From Candidatus Latescibacterota bacterium (GTDB lineage Bacteria > Latescibacterota > CBDEFO01): 64,000 nt of DNA. The position numbers and the translations under genes were made by a program. The stretch lies in NCBI GenBank assembly GCA_965237525.1, contig CBDEFO010000007.1:480001-544000 (forward strand). The letters run 5' to 3'. The notes beneath the pieces are model-generated. The model was given only the letters and a program-made list of their open reading frames with translations, searched no databases and had not been told where the DNA came from. This document shows, in pieces, positions 53,070-62,377 of this stretch; within the stretch, counting starts at the first letter, position 1; every line of letters starts with the position of its first letter.

Positions 53070-53295
53070 ATTATGAAACTCGCGGAATTTCTGGTACTAA
53101 ATCGCCTTCCATTAAGAAGCTTTGTAATAATAATTTGGTAGTGAAGCCACGTAGAGCCTACCGCCTCCGGCGCGGCTCGACATCGGCACTCCGCGGGCGG
53201 GGCTTCAAACCCCCGCCCGCGGGAGCTGTCCCTCTCTTCCCCACATGGCATCCATCCGCCACTCACCTGTGGCGGTATTCTGCCAGAATTCTTAA

Positions 53296-53324
53296 AATAT
53301 AGTCAGGATAATTTATACTGTCAA
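53296..53324 (-). promoter_or_regulatory. Sigma70-type promoter of the TPR/CRTAC1 operon
   Basis: Minus strand TTGACA-N17-TATATT. Confidence 0.6.
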
Positions 53325-53418
53325 GGAAAAACGAAGAGCTACCTCTGATTCGGAAAGGTGAGGTTTAAGTTTTGCTATATAGATTAAGAGATGACAATTT
53401 GCCCCAACGTATGTATTA

Positions 53419-53445
53419 GTAGTGGCGAGGGAACCTCGCCACTAC
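53419..53445. repeat. GTAG-type REP-like hairpin
   Basis: GTAGTGGCGAGG-GAA-CCTCGCCACTAC, perfect 12-bp stem. Confidence 0.7.
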
Positions 53446-53463
53446 GTGGTTTGCTGGTACTTC

Positions 53464-53960
53464 GTGCCTCCTGCACAAGGTGCCTCCTGCACAAGGTGCC
53501 TCCTGCACAAGGTGCCTCCTGCACAAGGTGCCTCCTGCACAAGGTGCCTCCTGCACAAGGTGCCTCCTGCACAAGGTGCCTCCTGCACAAGGTGCCCTCC
53601 TGCACAAGGTGCCTCCTGCACAAGGTGCCTCCTGCACAAGGTGCCTCCTGCACAAGGTGCCTCCTGCACAAGGTGCCTCCTGCACAAGGTGCCTCCTGCA
53701 CAAGGTGCCTCCTGCACAAGGTGCCTCCTGCACAAGGTGCCTCCTGCACAAGGTGCCTCCTGCACAAGGTGCCTCCTGCACAAGGTGCCTCCTGCACAAG
53801 GTGCCCCCTGCACAAGGTGCCCCCTGCACAAGGTGCCCCCTGCACAAGGTGCCTCCTGCACAAGGTGCCTCCTGCACAAGGTGCCTCCTGCACAAGGTGC
53901 CCCCTGCACAAGGTGCCCCCTGCACAAGGTGCCTCCTGCACAAGGTGCCCCCTGCACAAG
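53464..53960. repeat. 16-bp tandem satellite, 31 copies (GTGCCTCCTGCACAAG)
   Basis: 497 bp = 31x16+1; one copy has an extra C; variant GTGCCCCCTGCACAAG occurs only in the right third; no spacers. Confidence 0.97.
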
Positions 53961-54173
53961 GGAGACAGACACGGACACGGTGCGTGCAGGGTCTGGTCTC
54001 AAAAGCGGGATGACCTGGCCCCCACATTTAATTTCAGTTAGTCATGTGTTACTTTAACCTAATCGTCGTTGGTTAAACCTAATCGCTTGAATCCTAACTT
54101 ACTCTTTCTAATATAAATACGGGTCCTTAGAAGCATATAGTTAGTGCACCTGGGAATCTTTCGAACAGGTCTA

Positions 54174-54196
54174 CCCCCGATAGATTCAATCGGGGG
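54174..54196 (+). repeat. Consensus 23-bp palindromic element with 4-bp direct repeat TCTA
   Basis: TCTA-CCCCCGATAGATTCAATCGGGGG-TCTA. Confidence 0.9.
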
Positions 54197-54197
54197 T

Positions 54198-55694
54198 CTA
54201 CGAGTCCGGTCCGTAGTTCAAGCTGGACGCATACGGACCGTATTCGACTACGATTTCCACATCTTCAATTATCACTCCTCCTGTGAGCCCATCGGGCCTC
54301 TTCTCCAGCGACATCTCTAACAGGTTCTCACCCTTATGTGGACGTTCCCCTTCCAGGCGGAATTCCAACCACTGACCGTTGTACGGAACATTACTATTTC
54401 CGATCTTCTGTGTTCCACCGAAGGTGCGCGTGCAAGTCTCTTGGGACAGAGACCTTCCGTTCAGCAGTATCGCAAGATTGTCCGCCGTCACCAGATTACT
54501 GACGTTGATCTTAAGTCGCACTTCACGCACGCGCTCAGAAGAAGCTTGTATATTTTCTGATACATAGAAGGGGATCTCGTAGCGTGCATTCGAGTCAGCA
54601 GACGGGATTTGGATGGGCAATGCCGCATCGTAGACAAGCCCAACACCTGCCGCATCCTCGCAGCGCCTCGGCAGAACATAGTGCTTTTCCCCTTCTTTTG
54701 ATAGTTCGGGATTGCCTATCTCCGTGAGAATTCTGCGTTCCGCATCGCCTAAGGGCCAGCGCAAAAACCAGGTGTAGAGACCATCGGCGCCGCGATCCCA
54801 GAAGTTTCCCGCAGCAGCTCGCATCATCTCAGGTGTAGCATACTTTCTCCGGTGAGATGGTCCGCTCTCGTATTCTGAGTAGGGTTGAAGCACTGCGTAG
54901 ACAGATGCGCTGTCGTTTTGATGTGCCGATTGAATGAGCCAATCGATCGGCATGTCAGGGTCGAGCATGAAATACCCGTACAAAAGCGGCACGACAAAGT
55001 CAACGATTCCCTCCTCAAACCACGTGCGCACGTCCAATCCCGCCTCAAGGCACATCTTTTCGGTGGGGAATACTCGAGCTCCGACCTGCCCAGGCTCGCC
55101 CGGCCTATTCCGGACCATTTGGGAGATCTTACCGACGTACTCTGTCATCAATGGAGTTTGCTTTTCCACTTCGTCGGGCTTGAGGAAGAACGGGGGATAG
55201 CCGAAGTCTAGCTCTATCCCCTCTACAGAATACTCTGTGGCCAGCTCCTCAAGGACTGCAAACTGATGGTCGCGTGCCTCTGGATGAGCTAGATTCAGAC
55301 AGCCCTCCATTGGTCCGGGCACACCGATCTGATAGCTCGAATCAGTTCCGCTGAAGGATCCCATACGCAGGCTAGCAAAAAAGTCCAAACCTGCCTCATG
55401 CGCCCTGTCGATGAGTACAGTTAGTGGGTTGAGGCCCCTGTCAATCAGGCTCTGCATATTCTTCCGTGCACGCCAAAAATACGCGACTGGACTTTGATCT
55501 CCACCCCATTGTTGTCCGATCTTAGAGGGGTAGAAGAGTCCGCCGCTTGAGACGCCGTAGATGAACGTGTCAACGGCGGTGCCGGCGACCTCATCTATCG
55601 GCCTCCAGGCGTCCTCCAACTGCATGGGTGGCTCGAAGGCGTACAGGTAGTAATGTCGCGCATCATTAAAGTAGATCGTTCGGCGGCGTCTCAT
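54198..55694 (-). CDS. Putative glycoside hydrolase-like TIM-barrel protein
   Basis: IYFNDARH, FFASLRM, LNLAHPEAR, EGIELDF, GADGLYTW; GHL10-like layout. Confidence 0.7.
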   Translation of the reverse strand: MRRRRTIYFNDARHYYLYAFEPPMQLEDAWRPIDEVAGTAVDTFIYGVSSGGLFYPSKIGQQWGGDQSPVAYFWRARKNMQSLIDRGLNPLTVLIDRAHEAGLDFFASLRMGSFSGTDSSYQIGVPGPMEGCLNLAHPEARDHQFAVLEELATEYSVEGIELDFGYPPFFLKPDEVEKQTPLMTEYVGKISQMVRNRPGEPGQVGARVFPTEKMCLEAGLDVRTWFEEGIVDFVVPLLYGYFMLDPDMPIDWLIQSAHQNDSASVYAVLQPYSEYESGPSHRRKYATPEMMRAAAGNFWDRGADGLYTWFLRWPLGDAERRILTEIGNPELSKEGEKHYVLPRRCEDAAGVGLVYDAALPIQIPSADSNARYEIPFYVSENIQASSERVREVRLKINVSNLVTADNLAILLNGRSLSQETCTRTFGGTQKIGNSNVPYNGQWLEFRLEGERPHKGENLLEMSLEKRPDGLTGGVIIEDVEIVVEYGPYASSLNYGPDS

Positions 55695-55767
55695 GCGTAA
55701 TCTCCTTTCTCTGTCAATACCAGACCAGCCTACGACTTAATTCAGTATGGCGACTCCTCTACCGCGA

Positions 55768-55812
55768 CCCCCGATCGCCCCCGATAGACTCAATCGGGAG
55801 TTCATTCGGGGG
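55768..55812 (+). repeat. Nested pair of palindromic elements
   Basis: CCCCCGATCG-[CCCCCGATAGACTCAATCGGGAG]-TTCATTCGGGGG. Confidence 0.8.
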
Positions 55813-56504
55813 AAAGTAGGATCTGATTGTAACATCTTCTTCTGTTATAGTCACTACAATCTTACGGTCGTCAGTCGTAAGCCGAAGCTAAGGTATCCTG
55901 ACCAGAAAGTCACCAAACGAGGAAGATTGCCAACTCCTCTGCTCAGTTTCAATATATGACGGAAAGAGCAAGAAGTCAACGGCTGTTCTGCTAGAGAAGA
56001 TTGTCGGAGGGGCGGATATTTTGTGAGCTCCTGGGGGGCTGACAGAGGAAGGACCGAAAGGTATTCAGTGTCGACATGAAGTAAGGGTATCCATTACAAT
56101 TTCGACCACGATGTTCCACAGGAGTCCAGGTACTTGGGGCTCTCTTGGTGGAGGAGACGCCATAGTAAGACAGAGTCCCTCTCGATTTAGAACGTCAGGA
56201 CTGCCCGGCCAATGACATGGGTGCACCGCATGTCAACAACTGGAAGCCGCTACGGGATCCCAGGACCGAACGCTCCGCACACATATACCACCTCGCCATC
56301 CGACATTTCCTGTGTGTGGGGTAGAAATAGCTCCTCCTGAGATCTTTCATTCATGTTGCCCTCGAAGACCTTCCCGAGCGAGATACATTCGAAAGGGATT
56401 CTCAAGTAGTCCAGCAGCCAGACCCGCTACAGCTTCGATCCGCACAATCCAGATCATGTCCTAGCCTTCTTTGCACTAATGGCCGGTACTCGACCAAGGA
56501 CTTC

Positions 56505-56735
56505 CCGGGCAGGCACTGGCGGAAGAAGCGCAATCAGTTGCCGTGGAAGATCTTATCGATGTCCGCGGTGCTGTACCCAGACTGGTCCAGGATCATCCGT
56601 GAGTGCTGCAAATCAGCGGTGATCTGGTAGTCGGACGGGATATCGTTGTTGTGACCCGCGTCAGCACCGGTGGCCGCGTGCATGGTGTCTCCAGCAAGCT
56701 GGCAGACATGTTCAACGTGGTCGTCCATCGCTGTC
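56505..56735 (-). pseudogene. C-terminal fragment of a membrane dipeptidase (M19)-like gene
   Basis: DHVEHVCQLAG...H..TGAD...IADLQ-like...GYSTADIDKIFHGN*LRFFRQCLP, with a stop replacing the usual W. Confidence 0.6.
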
Positions 56736-56955
56736 AGTTTCAGGTTATCCGGTGTGGACCGGCGCCCCTACCTCCAGGGGACAAGGGGCCTCTACCACTT
56801 CACCTACGAGGGGGCCGAGGCTGTTTTGTCCTACTACTCCGAGATGGCGTATTGGACTGGTTTCCTTACCCCGAAGAGCGCGGATGTTTACCGACACAAA
56901 AGGACCGATTGCAGCATCTACCTGGTGGAGATCGAAGGCGCCACGGAACCGCTGA

Positions 56956-57897
56956 TCAGTACCCTTTCTCTTTGTCGATTGGGCTCAGCAATTCTTTGCC
57001 CGCCAGAAATCTCTTGAGATTCTCGCAGAACAGATCCACCAGACGATCGTTGCGGTTCGGCGAGCCACCGGCAGTGTGGGGTGTGATGAGCACGTTCTCC
57101 ATTTTCCATAGAGGGTGATCCTCCGGCAGTGGCTCCTCCGGCAGTACGTCCAGCCCGGCACCGCCGATTTGCCCAGTTGTCAATGCCTTCATCAGCGCTT
57201 GCTCGTCGACGATCTTGCCCCGCGTCACGTTGATCAGCAGCGCGTGAGGCAACATCCGGGAAAACGCGTCGCTGTCGAAGAGTCCCTGTGTCTCCTTCGT
57301 CAGCGGCGCACAGACGGCCACCACATCCGACTCAGCCAGGAGGTCGTTGAAACGTCCCATCTTCCAGCAGATCTCCACTTCAGGTGGCACTTCCACCTCC
57401 TCCGGATCGACGGCGACAATGCGCATGCCAAAGGCGCCTGCCCTTGTGGCAAGCTCCCTCCCCGTCCCTCCAAGTCCGACGATGCCCATAGTCCGGTCGA
57501 GCAGTTCCCAGGATAAGGAGCGAATCGGAAACCGCTGGTCCCAGCTTGGCTTTCGCACGGCCCGATTGATCCCCCGCGTTAGCCCTAAGAGCAAAGCCAT
57601 TGCATGCTCGGCCAGATGCACCCCCACCGTCCCCTTGGCGCTGGTCAGCACCACCTCACTTGCTACCATCTCCGGAAAGAGCATTTCATCAACTCCCGCA
57701 CCCCAGCTCTGCACCCACCTCAACTTCTCCGCCTTCAGAAACATCTCCTGCCCAATCCCTCCGCAGACCACCTCCACTTTCGGCACGATGCTCAGTGCTT
57801 CTTCGCCAGATGCACAAAGAACTTCCACTTCATCCGACACGGCCCTAATTGCTTCGACAAGGCGACCTTCCAGCTCCACAGTAATCAGGATTTTCAT
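56956..57897 (-). CDS. D-2-hydroxyacid dehydrogenase
   Basis: Start MKILITVE at 57897; GAGVD, AEHAM, GIVGLGGTG, APLTKET, INVTRG, GLDV..EPLP..HPLW, ITPHTAG. Confidence 0.93.
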   Translation of the reverse strand: MKILITVELEGRLVEAIRAVSDEVEVLCASGEEALSIVPKVEVVCGGIGQEMFLKAEKLRWVQSWGAGVDEMLFPEMVASEVVLTSAKGTVGVHLAEHAMALLLGLTRGINRAVRKPSWDQRFPIRSLSWELLDRTMGIVGLGGTGRELATRAGAFGMRIVAVDPEEVEVPPEVEICWKMGRFNDLLAESDVVAVCAPLTKETQGLFDSDAFSRMLPHALLINVTRGKIVDEQALMKALTTGQIGGAGLDVLPEEPLPEDHPLWKMENVLITPHTAGGSPNRNDRLVDLFCENLKRFLAGKELLSPIDKEKGY

Positions 57898-57940
57898 ACC
57901 CTTACTCCTAATCGAGACTCTCAGTGATGATGGTGCCACC

Positions 57941-59404
57941 CTACTTGACCAGCACCATTTTGCGCGTCTGCACGAAGTCAGCGATGCGAATCCGGTAGAC
58001 GTAGATACCGGCCCCGACCGCTCGTCCCTTCTCGTCGGTGCCATCCCAGACGACGGTGTGTTGCCCAGCTGATCTTGGTCCTTCGGTGAGTATGCGCACC
58101 CGACGGCCGAGAAGGTCGAAGACGCTGAGTTCGACCGAACCGCGCGGTGCCACTGTGAATGAAATCGTCGTCGAGGGATTGAACGGATTGGGGTAGTTCT
58201 GGTGCAGCGCGCGTGCTGGGGGCAGCTCGCTCTCTTCCGATAGGGCGGCGGTCGGCATCTCACCCGGCAGGAGCTCGAAGACGTAGATTGGCCCATCGAA
58301 TCCCACGATGTAAACCTCGCCGCTCTCGTCTTCGCCGAAGCTGCTGATGTGCGACGGACAGGTGGCGATCAGGTCGTTAGAGCGCACCTTCCCCTCTTCG
58401 TATCGCAGGCCCCAGATTTCCTTGGTTATGAAATCGCCGTAGAGGTAGACTCCGTATAACCCGCCCAGACGGGCGGCGCGGTAGACATATCCGCCCGTAA
58501 CCGCGGCACCGGCACCGCCAATGTGACCGTACTCGAACACTGGCAGGGCAAAGCCGACTGTGTCGCAGTAGATAAAGATGCAGTGAAATCCCTCCATCCT
58601 GTTCCAGCCGTAGTTTGCGCCCTTTTCGATGAGATCGACCTCTTCCCACTTATTCTGCCCGACGTCTCCTGCCCACAGCTGACCGCTTTTCCTGTCGAAG
58701 CTAAAGCGCCACGGGTTGCGCAGTCCGTACGCCCAGATCTCTTCGCGCCAGTCTTGGCTGTTGCCGACGAACGGATTATCAGGCGGGATACCATACTGCA
58801 GGTTTGCCGTACGAGCGTTCACGTCGATGCGCAGAATTGCGCCCAACCAGGTAGTGGGATCTTGAGCGTTCCCGAATTGAGGCCCGACGCCTCCTCCGTC
58901 GCCCAGTCCGACATAGAGCATTCCGTCCGGTCCAAATGCGAGCTGGCCGCCATTGTGAATCGCCGATGGCTGTGACGTCTCCCAAAGAACGCGCTCGCTC
59001 TGAATATCGGCGGCGTCAGGGTCGGAGGACACTTCGAACTCTGAAACACGTGAGATGAAGTCGCCGTGTGTGTAGTAGACGTACAAGCGGCCGTTATCTG
59101 CGTAGCGCGGATGAAAGGCGACGCTGAGCAGGCCCCCCTCGAGTTTATCGTTTACCTGATCTTGGATGTCCAGGAAATCCGTAGCGACGGCGTGGTCGAC
59201 ATTAGGCATTACCTTGACGCGGCCAGGCTTCTCTACTACAAAGATGCGGTCGCTGCCATCTCCGGCGTGTGTCAGAAAGAGCGGTTGGACGAAGTCGTTC
59301 GCCGCAAAGACCTGTCGCAACTCGCGCGCTGGCAACTCTTGGGCGTCGGAGATTGAAGCCGAGATCCCCAGGAGTGCACAGCAGAGACTAACACAGTATT
59401 TCAT
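57941..59404 (-). CDS. PQQ-dependent sugar dehydrogenase (GSDH) family with FlgD-Ig/T9SS-like C-terminal domain
   Basis: EGGLLSVAFHP, HNGGQLAFGPDGMLYVGLGDGG, IPPDNPF, YGLRNPWRFSFD, NYGW; tail QNYPNPFNPST...WDGTD...GIYVYR...RKMVLVK. Confidence 0.92.
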   Translation of the reverse strand: MKYCVSLCCALLGISASISDAQELPARELRQVFAANDFVQPLFLTHAGDGSDRIFVVEKPGRVKVMPNVDHAVATDFLDIQDQVNDKLEGGLLSVAFHPRYADNGRLYVYYTHGDFISRVSEFEVSSDPDAADIQSERVLWETSQPSAIHNGGQLAFGPDGMLYVGLGDGGGVGPQFGNAQDPTTWLGAILRIDVNARTANLQYGIPPDNPFVGNSQDWREEIWAYGLRNPWRFSFDRKSGQLWAGDVGQNKWEEVDLIEKGANYGWNRMEGFHCIFIYCDTVGFALPVFEYGHIGGAGAAVTGGYVYRAARLGGLYGVYLYGDFITKEIWGLRYEEGKVRSNDLIATCPSHISSFGEDESGEVYIVGFDGPIYVFELLPGEMPTAALSEESELPPARALHQNYPNPFNPSTTISFTVAPRGSVELSVFDLLGRRVRILTEGPRSAGQHTVVWDGTDEKGRAVGAGIYVYRIRIADFVQTRKMVLVK

Positions 59405-59515
59405 AGTCAATTCCTTTGCAGAAAATTCCTACAGTTCGTGGAATCGCTTGCCCGACAGATTGTAGAGGTCCACAGTAGTAGACAGCACGAGGGGATGGGA
59501 GACGGCGCCCTGTCT

Positions 59516-59564
59516 CCCTCGATAGTCCCCGATAGGTTCAATCGGGGATAGATTCAATCGGGAG
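59516..59564 (+). repeat. Nested pair of palindromic elements, each with a 3-bp direct repeat
   Basis: TCT-CCCTCGA-TAG-[TCCCCGATAGGTTCAATCGGGGA]-TAG-ATTCAATCGGGAG-TCT. Confidence 0.88.
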
Positions 59565-59653
59565 TCTACCGACCACTGTCTATTTAATAAATTGGTTTGC
59601 GTTGTGGATCCTTTGAGCGGTCGGGATACGCCGATCTCGCAAGACCCGATCAT

Positions 59654-60136
59654 TCACGCCTTTCCGCCACATGTGACGTGGTCGTCCAGGTCGAGTAATT
59701 CGAACCAGGTGACGATGTCTTCGCGCTGCTCACTCGCGGCTTTGTGCAGTTCGTTGAAAAATTCGCGCGACTCGGGGTCAGGGGGAACGCGGGCTTCCTG
59801 ATAGGCGGACCCCTGGGCGATCTCCCAGGGGTCAGGGTTGTGCGGGGCATTGGCTTGGACCCACTCAAGGATTTCGGAATCGCTCTTACCCTCAGCGAGT
59901 TCCTCCTTTAACTGTTCCGGGTTGATGCCGGTGTAGCTAAGAAAGCGCTTGTCGAGAGGGCAGGCATAATGGTATTCGCCGTTCTGGTTGGCGATAGTAG
60001 CACGCCCCTTGTCCAACATGCGCGGTAGGATTACGAAACCCGCCAGGCGTACGCGCGGGCTGCGGGGCGGTCGTTGTCTCAGGTCGGGTGCTGCCATTCG
60101 TTTTTCCAAGTCTGTAGTCTGCTGGGGTTTGCTCAC
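59654..60136 (-). CDS. DUF5069-like protein
   Basis: PDLRQRPPRSPRVRLAG...LPRMLDKGRA...GEYHYACPLD...WFELLDLDD. Confidence 0.8.
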   Translation of the reverse strand: MSKPQQTTDLEKRMAAPDLRQRPPRSPRVRLAGFVILPRMLDKGRATIANQNGEYHYACPLDKRFLSYTGINPEQLKEELAEGKSDSEILEWVQANAPHNPDPWEIAQGSAYQEARVPPDPESREFFNELHKAASEQREDIVTWFELLDLDDHVTCGGKA

Positions 60137-60587
60137 TTTTCCCTCCCTTGTCTTTCGGTTGTTTGTCCATGGGATGATATCAGGGACCGATTTTCCAACT
60201 CACTCCTTCCGCGCTACTATGGTTAAACCACCCAAACACATCAGCACGTGTTTCCAGTTTCCTGGCCGGTTGTCGGGCATTGTCGGAAGCAATAAGTTGA
60301 GACCTGGACCCGTTTAATAGATAGTTCAACAGAAAGAAGCCCACTGAAAATTTACCCATATAGTGCAGAAACTGGATGTAATCCGTTCTTGCCGGGCCTC
60401 TCGATCCTCTCTTTCTCAGCACGGGGTAAGGTGATGCAATGACCCCGCCTGTCCAGGAACTGATGTCCACAAACTCCGTTGCTAGATTGGTGAAGACTTC
60501 CCTATCCCGAATAATTCACAAAAAAAGGCCGTGTATTAATTAAGGGATTGTATTATATTATAGTTATGCCGTTTAACCACCTTCGGT

Positions 60588-60708
60588 GTCAATGCGAGCC
60601 GGAGGCGAAGCAATCTCGATTCTGTGGTAGATGTAATACTCTCCGGCTCTCATAGGAGACCACTATAAAACCTTGAGATTGCTTCGTCGCTTTGCTCCTC
60701 GCAATGAC
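60588..60708. repeat. Long palindromic REP/REPIN-like element (GTCATTGCGAG...GAAGCAATCTC type)
   Basis: GTCAATGCGAG..CGAAGCAATCTC at the left arm and GAGATTGCTTCG..CTCGCAATGAC at the right arm. Confidence 0.75.
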
Positions 60709-61036
60709 TTCCATCAAGTTTATGAATTAATCGGGCTAGAGAGCCCCCCGGTTGTAATACCTTGGCAACTCCCGCATAGATCTGCCAAGATAGCCCAACC
60801 GAGCACTATTCAACAGGGTAGTACTAAGGTCTGGGCTCTTTTTCTTGCGCTAATTAAAGTCGGATAACCGCTATCCTTGTGAATCCATCGGTATCTCAAG
60901 CTGGGAATAAAATCCACTGGGCTTGAAATTCAGACCATAACGACAACAGCTTCAGCCGTATCGGCTGAAAAGAAAGTTGAGATGCCCGATCCAGTAGAGG
61001 GGTGCCGCCTTGTATGAGCCAGATCCAGGTGTGGGT

Positions 61037-62230
61037 TCAGGTGCGGGCGTGGTGAGACTCGGCTGGAGCGCGGTACTCGACGCGCAGGTGCGGGGTCTCC
61101 AGGCGCTGGTGGTCCTCCAGGCGTGAGGTCAGGCAGCTCTCCAGGGCGCCGCTGACGAGCAGGGTGCGCTCGGCCGGGAAGGGGGCTGTGCCAGTGGCGA
61201 TCATCTCTTCGATCTTGGCCACCAGGCAGGCCGAGTAGGTAACGTTTGGCCCCGGGGTCAGGAAAAACTGAGTGGAGATCGGGTTGACTACATCCTTGAG
61301 GCGGGCGGCAAAGCAGAAGTCTCTTACAGCGCCGTTGAGCATCAGCAGAGTAGCCTGCAGCCCGTCGTTGTACTCGATGAAATAGGCGGCCGGGTTTTCG
61401 ACCAGTTTGGGCAGCTCTCCGTTGCCTAACATATCCTGTGTGCGGCCATCCTCCATGGTGAGGCCCTGGAGCCTATCGCTGCGGGAGAGGGCGGACTCCA
61501 GCAATTCTTTGGACCAGCGGCCCTCTTCGCCGGCCTCCCACACGGCGTCCCCCTCGATCAACTGCACAGCCCTGACCCCGGTCTCGCCACCTTTGCGGCG
61601 CTCGACCATGCATTGCATGGCCTCCAGGGCGTGGTAGTCCATGGCGTCCGATTCGCCCATACCCACCATCAGAGCACTATCAATTCCGCAGTCTAAGGGC
61701 AGTTCGATGTCAGGCAGGCGCCATGTCACCGGCAGGGACGAGCCTGCCAAAACCGGGAATCCCAGGCGGTGACTGTCATCCAACATTTCCCGGGCCTTCT
61801 CAAAGCTGTAGGACAAGTGCTTATCGTTGTAGATGGGCACGGAGCGCCCATCCGCCTCGAAGACCTCTACGCACTCCTTGAAGAACTCGTAGCGCGGATA
61901 GAGAATCTGTTCCTTCTGGTTACTGGGGTAGTCGCCGTGCTCGGCGATGATCAAGACGGCATCCACGGCAAGGTCATCGCCGCCGCAGCGCAGAGCCTGG
62001 GCAATCGTGGGGTACACGGAAAAGCCGAACTCGCGGCAGCGGTCCGTGCTCTGGTCACCTTCGGACTTCTGGTCTACGTAGAGCGAGACGATCTCCATAT
62101 TAGGCCGGTGCCAGCGCCCTTCGTAGGGATAGCCTACCAGGAAGCGATCCGCAAAGTGTTGAGCGTGCGACAGGTATCTGTAGATGGTGGCGATGACGGC
62201 GATGCGTTTGGGAGACGTGTCAGTTGTCAT
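61037..62230 (-). CDS. Conserved hypothetical protein (oxidoreductase-like fold), paralog of 62378-63574
   Basis: SHAQH..DRFL, SLYVDQ, LAVDAVLIIAEHGDYP, YNDKHLS, AGSSLPVTWR, HALEA.Q..VERR.GGE.GV, ERTLL. Confidence 0.85.
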   Translation of the reverse strand: MTTDTSPKRIAVIATIYRYLSHAQHFADRFLVGYPYEGRWHRPNMEIVSLYVDQKSEGDQSTDRCREFGFSVYPTIAQALRCGGDDLAVDAVLIIAEHGDYPSNQKEQILYPRYEFFKECVEVFEADGRSVPIYNDKHLSYSFEKAREMLDDSHRLGFPVLAGSSLPVTWRLPDIELPLDCGIDSALMVGMGESDAMDYHALEAMQCMVERRKGGETGVRAVQLIEGDAVWEAGEEGRWSKELLESALSRSDRLQGLTMEDGRTQDMLGNGELPKLVENPAAYFIEYNDGLQATLLMLNGAVRDFCFAARLKDVVNPISTQFFLTPGPNVTYSACLVAKIEEMIATGTAPFPAERTLLVSGALESCLTSRLEDHQRLETPHLRVEYRAPAESHHART

Positions 62231-62326
62231 TTTGCAGCGTTCTCCATAGACAGTTTGGTGAATTACAACGACTAAGTATCAGATCAAAATAGTTCGGACA
62301 AATTATAGAGACCCGCAGTGGTAGAT

Positions 62327-62349
62327 ACCCCGATAGATTCAATCGGGGG
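62327..62349 (+). repeat. 23-bp palindromic element copy
   Basis: ACCCCGATAGATTCAATCGGGGG between the two paralogs. Confidence 0.88.
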
Positions 62350-62377
62350 TACTGTCTACTGACTACTGTCTACTTAC

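Noticed and set aside
53464..53960. CRISPR array
   Set aside because: Head-to-tail repeats without unique spacers, unit too short, and no cas genes in the window.
53384..54057. Six repetitive ORFs (CAGGTLCRRHLVQEAP / HKVPPAQGASCTRCLL) over the satellite
   Set aside because: The 16-bp unit has no stop codon in any frame, so all six frames are open; no RBS or coding evidence.
57898..58296. N-terminal extension of the 446-aa ORF
   Set aside because: It is an alternative frame of the upstream GSDH gene; the dehydrogenase starts at ATG 57897 after a GGAG RBS.
16586..62349. 23-bp palindrome as ordinary terminator or transcription-factor operator
   Set aside because: No U-tract, occurs inside CDSs, nests in itself and shows flanking duplications. 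A secondary regulatory role is not excluded.
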